Both the position numbers and the translations under genes were made by a program. Source: Octopus vulgaris (lineage: Eukaryota). From it: 64,000 nt of DNA. This document shows, piece by piece, positions 37,614-50,641 of this stretch. The notes under the pieces are model-generated. The model made no database searches and had not been told where the DNA came from. It was given only the letters and a program-made list of their open reading frames with translations. Where the stretch lies: the NCBI GenBank assembly GCA_951406725.2, contig OX597833.1, forward strand, positions 8,990,001 to 9,054,000, given 5' to 3'. The number at the start of each line of letters is the position of its first letter. Positions within the stretch are counted from its first letter, which is position 1.

Positions 37614-39599
37614 GCGCAACTATATAATATATATATATACACACACATACATACACACAACCGTGTGTGGGTATATATATATATATATATATACATACAT
37701 ATACACACACATATGTATATTATATATGATGAATGATGATACACATATACCTATATATACACACACATATCCATATATATATACACACATATAATAGCAA
37801 GTAAATATTGAGTTGAAAATTTCTTTTTGATAGAAAAACGAAAAGGCTCCCCAATATTTCCATGCAATCCTTTCAAGATGTAATGTTTCTACAGAAGCAT
37901 AAACTCTTATGACACACAAGCGAAGAGGCATCATTTACCAAGACACTTCATTGCCTTCCTAAACACAAACCCCTCCATCTCCCACAACACACACACTGCA
38001 TGCACTTATATGCAAACGAAGAAGGTCTAAATCAGTTATTGTCATAAAAAACCTGTTGACTGCCAGGAAGTGGGCCATGGGATGAAGGTACAAAAACAAA
38101 ACATTTTCTGCTATATTTTGAAAATTTTCTTTCTCTTGATCCAAAGTTATTTCAGAAAACAGTATTATTATTATTATTATTATTATTATCAATGGTTATA
38201 TTATTTTCACTGTAAGGATGCTGCTGCTGATGATGAAAATAACTTTCAAAATTTTGGCACAAGGCCAGCAACATTTAAGAGGAAGGTTGATTACATGAAC
38301 CTCCAGTACGTGACTGCTACTTAATTTATCGACCCCGAAACTTTGACATCTGAACTCAGAATGCAAACCCGGAAAAAATGCCTGGTGTTGCCAGCTCTCT
38401 GCCTAAATAAATAATAATAATAATGGTTACAAATTTTGACATAGGGCCAGCAGTTTCTGAGGGGAGGGGCAAGCCAACTATAGTGACCCCCAGTAGGTGA
38501 CTGGTATTTATTTTATTGACCCCAATAGGATGACCTTGGAATATTAACTCAGAACATGAAAACGGATGAAATGCGATGAGGCATTTGGCTAATGGTTCTG
38601 CCTTAATGAAGAAAATAATTAGTTCCCTAATTTAGGCAGAAGACCAATAATTGTGAAGGGAAAGGAACAAATGGTTCACACAACCATTATTCATCAACCC
38701 TATGAAAAGTGAAAGGCAAAGTTGACCTCAGCTGGATTTGAACTCAGAACATAAAGAGCTATAAATAAATACCATAAAGCATTTTGTCTGGTGCTCTACT
38801 GATTCTGCCAAACCACTGCTCTAAAGTGATGATGATGATGATGATGATAATAGTAGTAGTGCTACAAGGAGTCCAGATAATGATAAAGTTTCTTTTGAGT
38901 TGGCAAAGAGCCAATATGTAGAAGGGAAGGGCACAGTTGATTGAGTTGAACCCAGTGAATTACTGGTACTTGTTTAAACAACCCTGGAAACATGAAAGGC
39001 AAAGTAAACCCCAACAGAATGTGAAGCAGGAGGCATCCTATTCCACAATCTCCTACCAGTTGCAAGAGTTTTAACAATAACAAATGTGTGTGTGTGTATG
39101 TATGTGCACAAGACAAACCAACCCAGTTATTAGAGGGGAACAAGAGATCAATATATATACATACGTGTTTCTGTGTGTGTGTGCGCGTATGTGTATATAT
39201 ATATATATATATATACACTAGGCGACAATGGCGGTGTTTGGTGTGGGATATCATCCAGCGAATATATATATATATACATACATGTATATATACACGTATA
39301 TATATATACACATGTATATATACACGTATATATATATATATATATATACACACACATGTATATAGATATGTGTGTATATATATATATATATACACACACA
39401 CACATGTATATAGATATGTGTGCATATATATATATACATATATATACACATACACACACATGTATATAGATATGTGTGCATATATATATATATACATATA
39501 TATACACATACACACACACATGTGTACGTATATGAATGTATGTGTGTGTGTATATATATAAATATAGAATAGTCGTACAACAACGCACCATTTTATTAC

Positions 39600-40011
39600 T
39601 GGAAATAGCAGTCAACAATATACGACGCTATTGTTAAAGCTTCACTGTGTATTTACGGGCAAATATGTTTCCGGAAAATTTCATCTTACCTGTCGGAAAA
39701 TCATTAAATAAATATACATCCCAGATGTGGATGATCCAGGTTTCAAAATCTCTTGATGATTTCTCTGCAGCTGGAGTTTTCACATAGAATTATGAACGTT
39801 GCTACATCTCTGCCAGTAGACTCACCTGAACGCCTAAACTGTTAACAAGCGAGAACACTGAAAACGTTCTGAAACTCAGGTCCAAAATGATTAACATCTG
39901 GGTTATACATTTAACTAATGTTCTTCCTACAGGTAAGATGAAATTCTTTCTGGTCGCTGCCCACACAGTGAAGCTTTACTACAGCAGCGTACAGCATCAA
40001 CTGCTATTCCC
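39600..40011. mobile_element. MITE-like element with ~130-bp imperfect terminal inverted repeats
   Basis: aatagcagt...taaagcttcactgtgt...aatttcatcttacctgt...cccagatgt is mirrored at the right end. Confidence 0.75.
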
Positions 40012-40129
40012 ATTAAATATTGGTGCATTGTTGTATCACTATTCTATATTTATACTTTAACCTTGTGGTGCTTTCTTGTAATGGATAGCAATACTTTTGT
40101 ATTGCACTATTTAATATATATTTTATAAA

Positions 40130-40207
40130 TATGTGTATATATATATATATATATGTGTGTGTATATATATAGATATGTAGGTATATGTATGTGTATATAT
40201 GTATGTG

Positions 40208-40252
<45 letters not shown>

Positions 40253-40687
40253 GCATATATATGTATGCATATGTATATATATGTATGTATGTATGTATGT
40301 ATATATATGTATATATATATGTGTGTGTGTGTGTATATGTATGTATATATGTGTATATATATGTACATGTATATATATGTGTGTATATATGTATGTATAT
40401 ATGTGTATATATATGTATGTATATATGTGTATATATATGTATGTATATATGTGTATGTATATGTATGTATATATGTGTATGTATATGTATGTATATATGT
40501 GTATGTATATGTATGTATATATGTGTATGTATATGTATGTATATATGTGTATGTATATGTATGTATATATGTGTATGTATATGTATGTATATATGTGTAT
40601 GTATATATATGTATATATGTGTATGTATATATATGTATATGTGTGTGTATATATATGTATATATGTGTATGTATATGTATGTATATA

Positions 40688-40738
<51 letters not shown>

Positions 40739-40857
40739 GTATATATATATGTATATATATATGTATATATATATGTATATATATATGTACATATATATGT
40801 ACATATATATGTATATATATATGTACATATATATGTACATATATATGTACATATATA

Positions 40858-40908
<51 letters not shown>

Positions 40909-40957
40909 GTATATATATATGTACATATATGTGTATGTATATGTGCATGTGTGTATA
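40130..40957. repeat. Complex (TA/TG) microsatellite with 24-bp and 12-bp higher-order units; similar blocks at 37460-37790 and 39150-39560
   Basis: Directly visible (atatatgtgtatgtatatgtatgt and atatatatgtac units). Confidence 0.97.
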
Positions 40958-41068
40958 TTATAATAATGTTGGATAGATTTGTGGTGAGGAGGAAGGGGAG
41001 GGGTGGTGGTGATAGTTTTGTTGAGAGGTGTAAAAGAGAGTGACAGTGAAGACACAGCTGTCCCTGCC

Positions 41069-41290
41069 TCACGATGTACTCCCTGTCAGGTCTGGGATGA
41101 CAATACCATGCTGTTGAAGTGTAGCACGTAGTATAGAGTTCTCTTGTTTTAGTTCTTCACACTGTTGTCGATGTAAGTCACAGTCAACAGATATCCGCTC
41201 TGTCTCCTTAAGGCTGTCAGCCATACGAGCATTTGCCGTCCGAAGTTCTTGAATATATTCACATGCTTTTGCCAGAATTCCACCTTTGCT
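41069..41290 (-). CDS. USF2: USF last exon: helix 2 and leucine zipper
   Basis: [17 protein letters not shown]...DLTGSTS*; tttctttcag| acceptor. Confidence 0.94.
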   Translation of the reverse strand, partial: SKGGILAKACEYIQELRTANARMADSLKETERISVDCDLHRQQCEELKQENSILRATLQQHGIVIPDLTGSTS

Positions 41291-41924
41291 CTGAAAGAAA
41301 CACGTAAAGAGACGGAAGTGTTGAAACCGTGGATGGATCATGGAACAGGATTTAGAAACAAGAAAATGAGAAACACTTACTGCACTAACTTGTCCTTGTT
41401 TGGAATGGTCTTGAGCACATTCAGGGACCAGCTTGGATAAATGAACAATCCAATTGTTGATTTTGTCACGCCGCCGTCTCTCCACTGCTCTCAACAAAAT
41501 GAAAACACAAGTTTTTAAATTCATGTGCAAAGTCCCTTTCATCCCCATTCCCAATCCAATTTTTAAATGCATATCATTTAGCTGGCCCCAGTATCTCATT
41601 GCTTAATACACAAGTAAACCTGACCATGATAATGTCATTGTATCAGAGTCCCTTTAGGCAAACTGCATTTCATTCAGTGTATTAAGATAATAAACATTCT
41701 TTTACTTCCACCAGTGTCAGCCCTGGGGTGGTGGCCATTCTGAGTCATACACACATGGACTTTGCTTCATTACATATGGTCAAGTTTTAATCTCACAGTG
41801 TGATGCCTTGGGTAAGTGTCCTCTACTGTAGCCTGGGGCCAATTAATGCCTTCTGAGTGAAATTGGTAAACACAAACTGTATGGAAACCTGTTGTGTATA
41901 CAAACACACACACATGTGTGTGCG

Positions 41925-41971
<47 letters not shown>

Positions 41972-44900
41972 CTCCTCTCTATATCTATGTTCACCACTCA
42001 CTCATCCTGTCCAATCCTCTTTATCACTCCACTCACCGCTGGGTATCTTGAGGGTATGCCTTGGCACAAAGCCACCTTCCCCAGTACCCCACCTCTCAGT
42101 CGAGAAGCCTTTGTTTTGTAAGTTACTTGGTGACTGTGCTGGGGCCACATAAAAAAAAATCCCCAGTACACTGTAAAGTAGTTAATGTTAGAAAGGACAC
42201 AAAGTCGTAGGGACCATGCCAAAGCTGACTGTAGTGCTCTGCCTTGCCGGCTCCCATCAAAGCATCCAACCCATGTCAGCATGGAAAACAGACAATGATG
42301 ATGATATACACACATCTAAGTGGGTTTGTGTGAATGTTTACAATATGTTCTGTGCATGAAAAAGCAATGAACCAAAACATTAGCAATATTTGTTGATATT
42401 CCCAGCCAACAGAAATGTGGTTTGAATCTCTACCTTCAAAGGTGAGTGGGGAAAACAAAATCCTGACTTGAAAAACATAAAAGTTAGTGACAAAAGGAGC
42501 ATCCGGTTGTAAGACAATGACTGTATTCACCCAAACATCACGAAAAATAAATCTAAAACACACACACACACACACACTATACATTGAAAAAAAATTTCAC
42601 CCAACAGATTTGAATTATGTATTTATCATTTGCTAGATTCCACACACACACACACACCTGTTTGAGAGGGTTTTCTCTTTATTTACCAGAAACAGACAAT
42701 GCCACAGTGTATGTGGCATTGTCTGTATTTACATCATCACAAAACCATATCTGGGCATTGAGTGGTTTATCCTGAGAAAGACCAGTGGAATATATGCCAT
42801 ACTTGGAAACAAAGCTTGATGACAAGAAGAAGGACATTTTGTTGTAGGATACGGCTTCAATAAGTTTAGTCAAACCCATCCCAACATGATGATGATGATG
42901 ATGATGATGATGATAAGTACAGAAATGTCTTTTACAACTCCGTACCTCAGTTGCCTACTTGAAGTCATGACAGCTGCCATATTTGCCGTCATCATCTGCA
43001 CTGACTTGCGTATGTTCAACATGTTGAATTGAAAAATATTCATATATTTAACCTGTGCTTAAGGGAAGCCCACAGAGCAAGAATGTCAATGTGTGATCCA
43101 GCCATGCTTAGGGGTCAGGTTGGAGTGGCAGCTACGGATAACCCCTTCACCTTCCTACTGAACCCTCAATACTTTGTTGCCTTTCTTCCTGCTACACTAA
43201 ATTCACCAGTTAAAATTTTCTTTTCCCCTTTCGTCCCCTAACTCACATAGAGAGTGAGTTAGTCCCCTAACTCACATAGAGAGTGAGTTAGAAGAAATCT
43301 ATTATAGAAAACTGTAAACAAATTAAAACAAAAATAAATGAAATAGTGCACCTTCATTGTGTGTTGCTCGCCTACGGTCGTCACGTGTCGATCTGCCATC
43401 TAATTTAGGGCTGTAGTTTGTTCGGGGAGCAATATTACGTTGGCTCTGAAGGACATCCTGAGGAGACATCATCACATAGAACTGACCTAAAAACGTTGAA
43501 AAACAATAAATAAAAACAATGGACTCAATCCAATGAACACCAGTTGAAGTGGTCACCTAAAAGGTATGAAAGGGGAAAAAGACTGTCGCAAGAATTTAAG
43601 CTAGATCTCCTTGCCACAAACGAGTGAAGACCTTAAAATAAGATCGTTAACATTGTCCCTCTTATTCTCAGCCATTAGAAAATGATTCAAAAATCAAAAT
43701 GGAAATACTTTGGTCAGAAAAACTGCCTTCATGTCCGGCAGGATTTAGTAAAATCGCTTTGCTATAATGAAGTTGATGCCTTGAACAAAAATGGTTCATT
43801 AATAAGAGGCTGCGAGGGTGAATAGTTTCCATCATCACTAATCGGTCAGGATTGTGTTGAACAGAGTTTATTGGAAACAGACTTGAGGATAACTTTCTTT
43901 CATTAATCTTCAAGGCCCCTAAAAAAAGGGGCCACAGAAAAATGACAACTCCTCTCTGTCATCAAGCATTATAATAATAATAAAGAAGTTTTCTATTCAA
44001 AAACCAGAAAGTGTTCCAGCCATCATCAGCTGGTCTGTTTATATATCTTGGACTGCATCTCCAACACAGTCATTCATTTTTTAAGGTGGGGCTGTGTAAT
44101 TTGAGAGACATTTAGCTACTATTTCAAGGAAGTTAAGCATCCACAAAAAGAGCAACACATTGAACAATTGTGTTTCAAAACTTAGGTGTGTCCCTTCTAC
44201 TGATCCCTACTTGCCTGTGAAGTACAGTAGTACTACAGCTTGGGCTTGTTTTGCAGTTAGGTTCATTGAAATCCACAGATTTTGATTGCTATACACCACA
44301 ATAGATACAAACACACAATGCTTGTTGCTGTGTGTGTGGGGGGAGACAGTCTTACCTCCAGCTGCAGTGACAGGTCCAATTGCTGTGGCAGTTGGCACCT
44401 CTGCTGGTGATGCTACTGCACTTTCTCCTGTCGACCCAGAAGTTGGGAAATATGTAAACCTTGTTTCTGTCTGGCTTTCAGGTGTTGGACTTCCTCCGTT
44501 ACTGAAAGGGGTCTGAATAACAGCCTGTTGAGAGAAACAGATAAAAAATTGCAACAAACAATGTTATAGAACGGTTAGTGAGGGGTTTTTAAACAACTAG
44601 TTTGATGATTAGAGGATTACAGTGGTTAATTAAAAAAGTGACTAAAAAATTATGGCCTCAACTAATTTGATTGTTAATTCAATTTATTAGAGGGTCATGG
44701 CCACTGACTTGATCAGTCACAACATTCAAAAAATTTGAGGCTATTGAATTAATTATGATTAGAAGAGCAACATGATGTTTAGCTAATTGGTTAGTCATGA
44801 CAGCTATGTATCACCAAATTAATTTTAATCATTAACATAGCTGTCACCCAACACCTTGTTCTGATCACAATCACTACAGTACACTAAGCTAACCTCACAT

Positions 44901-47900
44901 TGTTACACACACACACAAAGCGATTAAGGACATGAAGACTGAAATCTCCTGGTCCAAGAAGAATTAGCACTGAGATGCTTGAAATGTCTGGCAGAGTGAG
45001 ATACGGCCTAGTCAGGTTGTACAGGGAGTTACCATATCCAACAACTTGTGTAGCAGGAACATTATAGTCAAATGCTACAAAATTAAAGGGGATGTCTTAG
45101 AGAGTAGTAACTGAATTGCTGGACCAGGCCACGAACATTACAGAAAGAGTTATACCATTAACTACTCAGGAAGAAAGTAAGATTAGCTGAGATGCACTTT
45201 GGTTTTGTACCAGGGAGAAGTATCACCAGTGCTTTTTTTTATAGTAAGGCAATTACAGTAGTATTTAACCAAAAGTAAGCTGCTGGACTTGGCTTTTGTC
45301 GACCTGGAGAAAGCCTCTGACACAATCCTCTGCTCCTTGATCTGACATTTGCTGTGGAAGCTAGAAGTCTATGAATGGCAGATTAGAGCTGTATTAGCCA
45401 TGTACAAAGGTGAAAGTTAGCAAAAAGTGCAATAATGAATTTAGTGTGCTGGCATGACTTCACCACGGTTCAGTTCTCAGCCCCGTCTTGTTTATCGTTG
45501 TCCTCCAGACCATAACAGAGGAGTTTAAAACCAATTACCTGTAAGAACATGTTTATGTTGATAACTATGTTATTATAGCTGAAATGGTAGCAGAATTAGA
45601 AAAGAAATTCCAGGGGTGGAAGCACAGCCAGGAATCAAATGGTCTTAAAGTTAACTTATAAAATACCTAAGTGCTAGAAGACAGGAAAACAGGTAATATG
45701 CCTCCTAATCGATCAGGACAATGGCACAGCTCAATATGTAGTAAAGATATTGGTAGGAATTTCATACAGTGTACCCAATACAAAGTACGGGCACACAAGA
45801 AGTGGAGTGGAATCACTGGAAGGTTAACAGAGAAAGTAGACTTTGTCAGTGGCAGATGTGTAGGAGTAATAAACACTAAGAACACAGGGAAAATAGGTTT
45901 CGTTGAATGCCCTTAAAGAGGATCCTTAAAGGCAGCAAACGGTTTCTCTTATTTTGATAACCTAATTCGTAAAGTATAGCTGCCAGAATACAAACTGGTT
46001 GGGGAAAGTTCAGAGAATTTTTACCTCTGTTGGTAACAAAAGACCTCTCTCTCTCTCTGAAGATGAAAGACAGATGGAATAATACTTGCATACAAATAGC
46101 AATACTACATGTAGTGAACCTGAGCAGTGAATGTAGACATGCAAAGGCTAGAAAGAAGAAAACTATCTCATACAACACTGCAACGCCATTCTGTGAAAAG
46201 GGTCTTGTCTTGCAAGTTACATGGTGATACCACTAGTGCTAGTGACATGCGAAAAAAACATCCAGAACATGCTGTAAAGGAATTGGAGTTAGGAAGGACG
46301 TCCAGCTGTAGAAACCTTGGCAAAGAAGTCATTGGTGATCAACCCCTCAGACTAGCTGGGTCCTGTCAAACAGCCAAACCATACCAGCATAAAACAGGGA
46401 TGTTAAATAATGATAACAATACATATAATACACCTATAATAGTTTTGAATTTTAGCACAAAAGACTCTGTAGTCAACCAAGGCTGTCAGCCCCCTCCTGT
46501 GTATCTTGGTTCTCCAAGCCTTAGAGGAATTCAAGATCTGCTGTGTCTGGGAGCTCCTCTCTGCTGATGACCTTGTTCTTATAGCTGAATCACAAACTGA
46601 GCGAGAGAAGAAATTTCTGGTGTGGAAACAAGGTCTGGAATTAAGGGTCTTACAGTTAATTTAGCAAAAACCAAAGTCCTAGTAAGTAGGAAAACAGACA
46701 AATCATAAGTCCCTTCAGGGAGATGGCCCTGTTCAATATGTAAGAAGGGTGTTGGTAGAAACTCCATACATTGTACTCAGTGGAAGCCTTGAACACATAA
46801 GAGGTCAAGGGAAGGTTAATGGGAAACATAGTCTCTGTGTGTATGGCAAATGTGGAGGGTTATAGTAAGCACTAGAAATGGACAGACGACAGGAAATTAT
46901 TAGAAGTAGCAGATAGCTTCTGTTACCTAGGAGACCAAGTTAGAAGTGGTGGAGTTCTTCTGAAAGTGTAGCTACCAGGATAAGAACAGGATGGGCGAAG
47001 TTCAGGGAGCTTCTACCCTTGTTGGTAAGTAAGGGCCACTTCCTCAGAGTAAAAGGCAAATTGTATGATGTCTGTGTATGTACAACTATGTTACGTGACA
47101 GTGAAACATGGGCTTTGACTACAGAGGACCTGCGAAGGGTTGAAAGAAATGAAGTTAGCATGCTGCACTTGATGGGTAATGTCAGGGTGCACACACGACA
47201 AAGTGTAAATGATTTAAGAGGAAAGCTGGGTATAAGAAGCCTCAGATGTTGCGTGCAAGAGAGAAGAGTGTGCTGGTTTGGTCATGCAGTATGTATGGAT
47301 GAGGACAGCTGTGCAAAGAAGTGCTGAGCTCTAATTGTGGAAGGGGTAGACACAGAAAGATGTGGGATGAGGTGATGAGAAAGGATTTTCGGATATTCAG
47401 CTTCACTAAAGAAATGACAAAGGACTGGGAGACGTGGAAATTTGCTGTACTTGAGAAGTGTCAAGCTAAATAAAATCACTGTCATCCACACATACAGGCT
47501 AGTCTTTTCAGATGCCATTGACACTTAAAATGTACCAGTGCGGGTGGCACGTAAAAAATACCCAGCACTGATACATTGTTAATTGGTTAGCATTAGGAAG
47601 GGGAACCAGCCATAGAAACCATGCCACAACAGTGAGTTGGGGTCTGGACAGCCCCCTGCAAGCCAGTTTCATGTCAAACCGTCCAACCCATGCCAGCATG
47701 GAAAGCGGATATTAAATGATGATGAGGTCACCAATTTTAGGGAAATGAGTTAGTCAATTACATCAAAATTAGTACCTGACTGGTACTTTATTTTCTCAAA
47801 TCTGGAGGGATGAAAGGCATAGTTGACCGAGGCAGAATCTGAACTCAGAATGTAAAGAGCGAGAAGAAATGCCATTAAGCATCTTGTTAATGACTCTAAC

Positions 47901-48508
47901 AGCTAGCAACCTTAATAACAATAATAATTTTTGCATTCAGTTTCTCGCAGCAATATAATGGAGATAGATTTTTGTCCATATTATTGGAGCAAGAAACATT
48001 ACAGATAGCTGAACCCTATCCCCACCCCCCACTACTGTTAACAAGAAGTGGAACCTGTTTCAGTTGGACAGACTAAGCTAGAATATACAGATGATGTGGA
48101 TAGAAAAAAAACTTTGAAGCTGTGACCCCTTGAAAAAGGTTCTTAAATGGATTTCAAAGAAACAATAATTGTTTCTTAGTAGGTTGTGGAAACTAGGGAG
48201 GAGGAGGAGATATACAATGTTGTGACGTTCATTCTCTTGCTAAAGAGTTTTAAGGATAAAGAAGGGAGTTAGTGTTACGTATGGTACTTAACACAATATT
48301 TTAAAATATCAAATATGAAATTTATGCAAATTTAGAATGCTTTTGTTTGCATGAGAGAGAGAGCAAGAGAGAAAGAGAGGTTATGGATACTAAATGTCAC
48401 CCACCTGAGCAACTTGAGCACCAGCGGGAAACCCTGTGGTAGACACTACCTGAGCAGTTGCTTCACTACCATCTTGTGTCACCTGTACAACACGATAGGT
48501 CACCTGAC
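41069..48508 (-). CDS. USF2: Upstream stimulatory factor (invertebrate USF1/2 co-orthologue, USF2-like) bHLH-ZIP, 5'-partial; complement(join(41069..41290,41390..41484,43352..43486,44356..44524,48405..48508))
   Basis: GT-AG introns with compatible phases. Motifs [25 protein letters not shown]-specific region [13 protein letters not shown], basic/[23 protein letters not shown]...[13 protein letters not shown], then zipper. Confidence 0.94.
41390..41484 (-). CDS. USF2: USF exon: basic region, helix 1 and loop (alternative donor extends it to 41381)
   Basis: (V)[31 protein letters not shown]; donors |gttagt and |gtaagt lie 9 nt apart. Confidence 0.9.
43233..43291. repeat. Perfect 29-bp tandem duplication, each unit a 9-bp-stem hairpin
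   Basis: gtcccctaactcacatagagagtgagtta twice; stem ctaactcac/gtgagttag. Confidence 0.95.
43352..43486 (-). CDS. USF2: USF exon: USF-specific region and start of basic region
   Basis: (G)[44 protein letters not shown]; ttttag| acceptor and weak |gtgcac donor. Confidence 0.93.
44356..44524 (-). CDS. USF2: USF exon
   Basis: [27 protein letters not shown]...; caacag| acceptor and |gtaaga donor. Confidence 0.92.
45000..47725 (+). mobile_element. Two tandem decayed RTE LINE copies (~45000-46410 and ~46540-47725), each ending in the V-like cassette
   Basis: [53 protein letters not shown]; GAT tail near 47716-47724. Confidence 0.85.
48405..48508 (-). CDS. USF2: USF exon (possible in-frame upstream acceptor at 48550)
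   Basis: (G)[34 protein letters not shown]; ctgcag| acceptor and |gtgggt donor. Confidence 0.9.
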
Positions 48509-50562
48509 CTGCAGAGAAACAATCTCCGACCTCATATGACCCAGTCATTCCTGCCAGAAGGAACCAAAGACAAAATGAAAGATGGTTAAATGGAGAATTT
48601 ATCAGAAAACATAAATCATACATAAAACTGCATTAAAGGTGCAAAAGCTGATGGAGGGCCTTAATTGACAGTAAGACCCTCTATCAGAAACTACTTCTAC
48701 CTATACTGCAGCTGGTGTTGTTTACAGTATAGCACATAGCTCTCAGTAAATAAGGCCTCTTATGACTACATACCGAATAGAATATGTAACTGTAGGCACC
48801 ATGATAAATGTCCTTTAGATAACCAATATCTGAAGAATAATCTTTTATATAAGTGCTTGGTCAAAACACCTGAGTGTGTGTTATTACATAGGTGTTACCA
48901 CTTCAAAGTGCAAGACTAGATAACATAACCATACAAAAGGGAAACTGCACTTAATTGGCCAAGTTCACCTGGGATCTCTAAGAATGGATACAGACTACTT
49001 CATTTCATGTAGATAGTGCTCTTCCTAATACAGGTGGCAATGGAGGTGCTGGAAATTTTCAATGGTAAATTCAACTTAATTACAAAGAACCACAAGTTCT
49101 TAAGCCACAGTTCACATTTATTTAATAAAATATTCCTAAACTTTCCACATACAAATCCTAAATAAACAATTTACCTAAGTTCTCTTCTTATGGATTCTCT
49201 CACCCCTACTTGATTAATCTTTAATCTAATCCTAAACTACTGCCTCTATTTTTATTCGATTAATTCAATTTAACTGAAGTAGACCTAATATTTCTTGAAT
49301 GGATTATAGAAGTTGACATTTAACTTAGAATTTTACATACTTTTAATATCCATGTAGCAGACCCCACATCTCACTCTTTTCTCTGTTTTAACCTTTATGC
49401 ATATTTCCCTGCCATTGATTAGAATAGTGGAGGTACAGTAATAATTTGCTTTCCTCTCTATTCACATATTTTAAAACTTGATGACCTCTTGACCTGTCAG
49501 GGAGTGTGAATTTGGCAAGTTCATACTAAATCAAAGAAGATAATTGAACATGTCAGCTATCTATAGTCTCCAGCTACCGAATTATCAAACCTCACCTCCA
49601 CCACAGTATATATTTGTTGGAAACTCTGAAAAGTCTACCAGAATAAGTTTAGGGTCAATTAATTATGCATACAAAGCAATGTAACATGTTCCTCTGGCCA
49701 TCAGAAATGATGATGATGATCATCATCATCATCATCATCAGCAACAATGATCATAATCTTGAATAAAGTTAAGTAACAATATTGTCATCAATTTTTAGTG
49801 TGATTGATACATCATCCGGTACAGTGCCAAGCAAAAGAGCCCATGTGGTACCATGTGAAAGCACCCAGCACACTCTGCTGGGTGGTTGGCATTAGGAAGG
49901 GCATCCAGCCATAGAAACTATACCAAATCAGACTGGAGTCTAGTGCAGATCCCCAGCATGCCAGCTTTGATCAAACCGTCCAACTCATACCAGCATGGAC
50001 AACAGATGTTAATTGATGACGACGATGATGATGATATGTATGCGTGTGAGTATACAGATGTACATGTGTGACTACCAACCAGAGGTTGAGCAGTTCATAC
50101 CCTGCTACTGCCACTGTGCTGTGATCCTGGACTAAACATTACATTGCTAGTTCCAACTCTTCTTGCAGGAAATAGTTTCTATGACAACCAATGATAGATG
50201 GCCAGTTAACAGGTGACACTGACCAGCGCCAAACCTATAACAGTTTCTGGAGAAATACCTAAACATGCAGCATCACACCCAGTATTTCTAACAACATGGG
50301 GAAACGATAAACATAAATGGACATTTCTAGAATTTATAAGTTAATTACAAAGATATTAAATTAATTTTCTGAAGAAGATATTCATCAGAAGCATTTAAAC
50401 TGGTTGTTTTAGCCAGAAAACATAAACTTGGCTTATTTATGGACTTTGTAACAGTTTTACTGCTGACACAAAACAATCTCTGTTGTTACTGGACTCTAGT
50501 TGTTTGTTTTTCTATAAACAAAGAAAAAGCAAAATATATAAATTTACAGATGTTAAACACAG

Positions 50563-50598
<36 letters not shown>

Positions 50599-50641
50599 GA
50601 GTGTGTGTGTATATAACAACAGACCGATTGATAATGTTTAA

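Noticed and set aside
38862-41072. Many long IY/CV/HT-rich ORFs
   Set aside because: They are artefacts of TA/TG microsatellites.
41485-41599. N-terminal part of the 176-aa ORF as the USF start
   Set aside because: It is intronic read-through; the homologous sequence continues in the 43352-43486 exon.
43233-43291. CRISPR-like palindromic repeat
   Set aside because: Only two abutting units, no spacers, no cas genes, and it lies in a eukaryotic intron.
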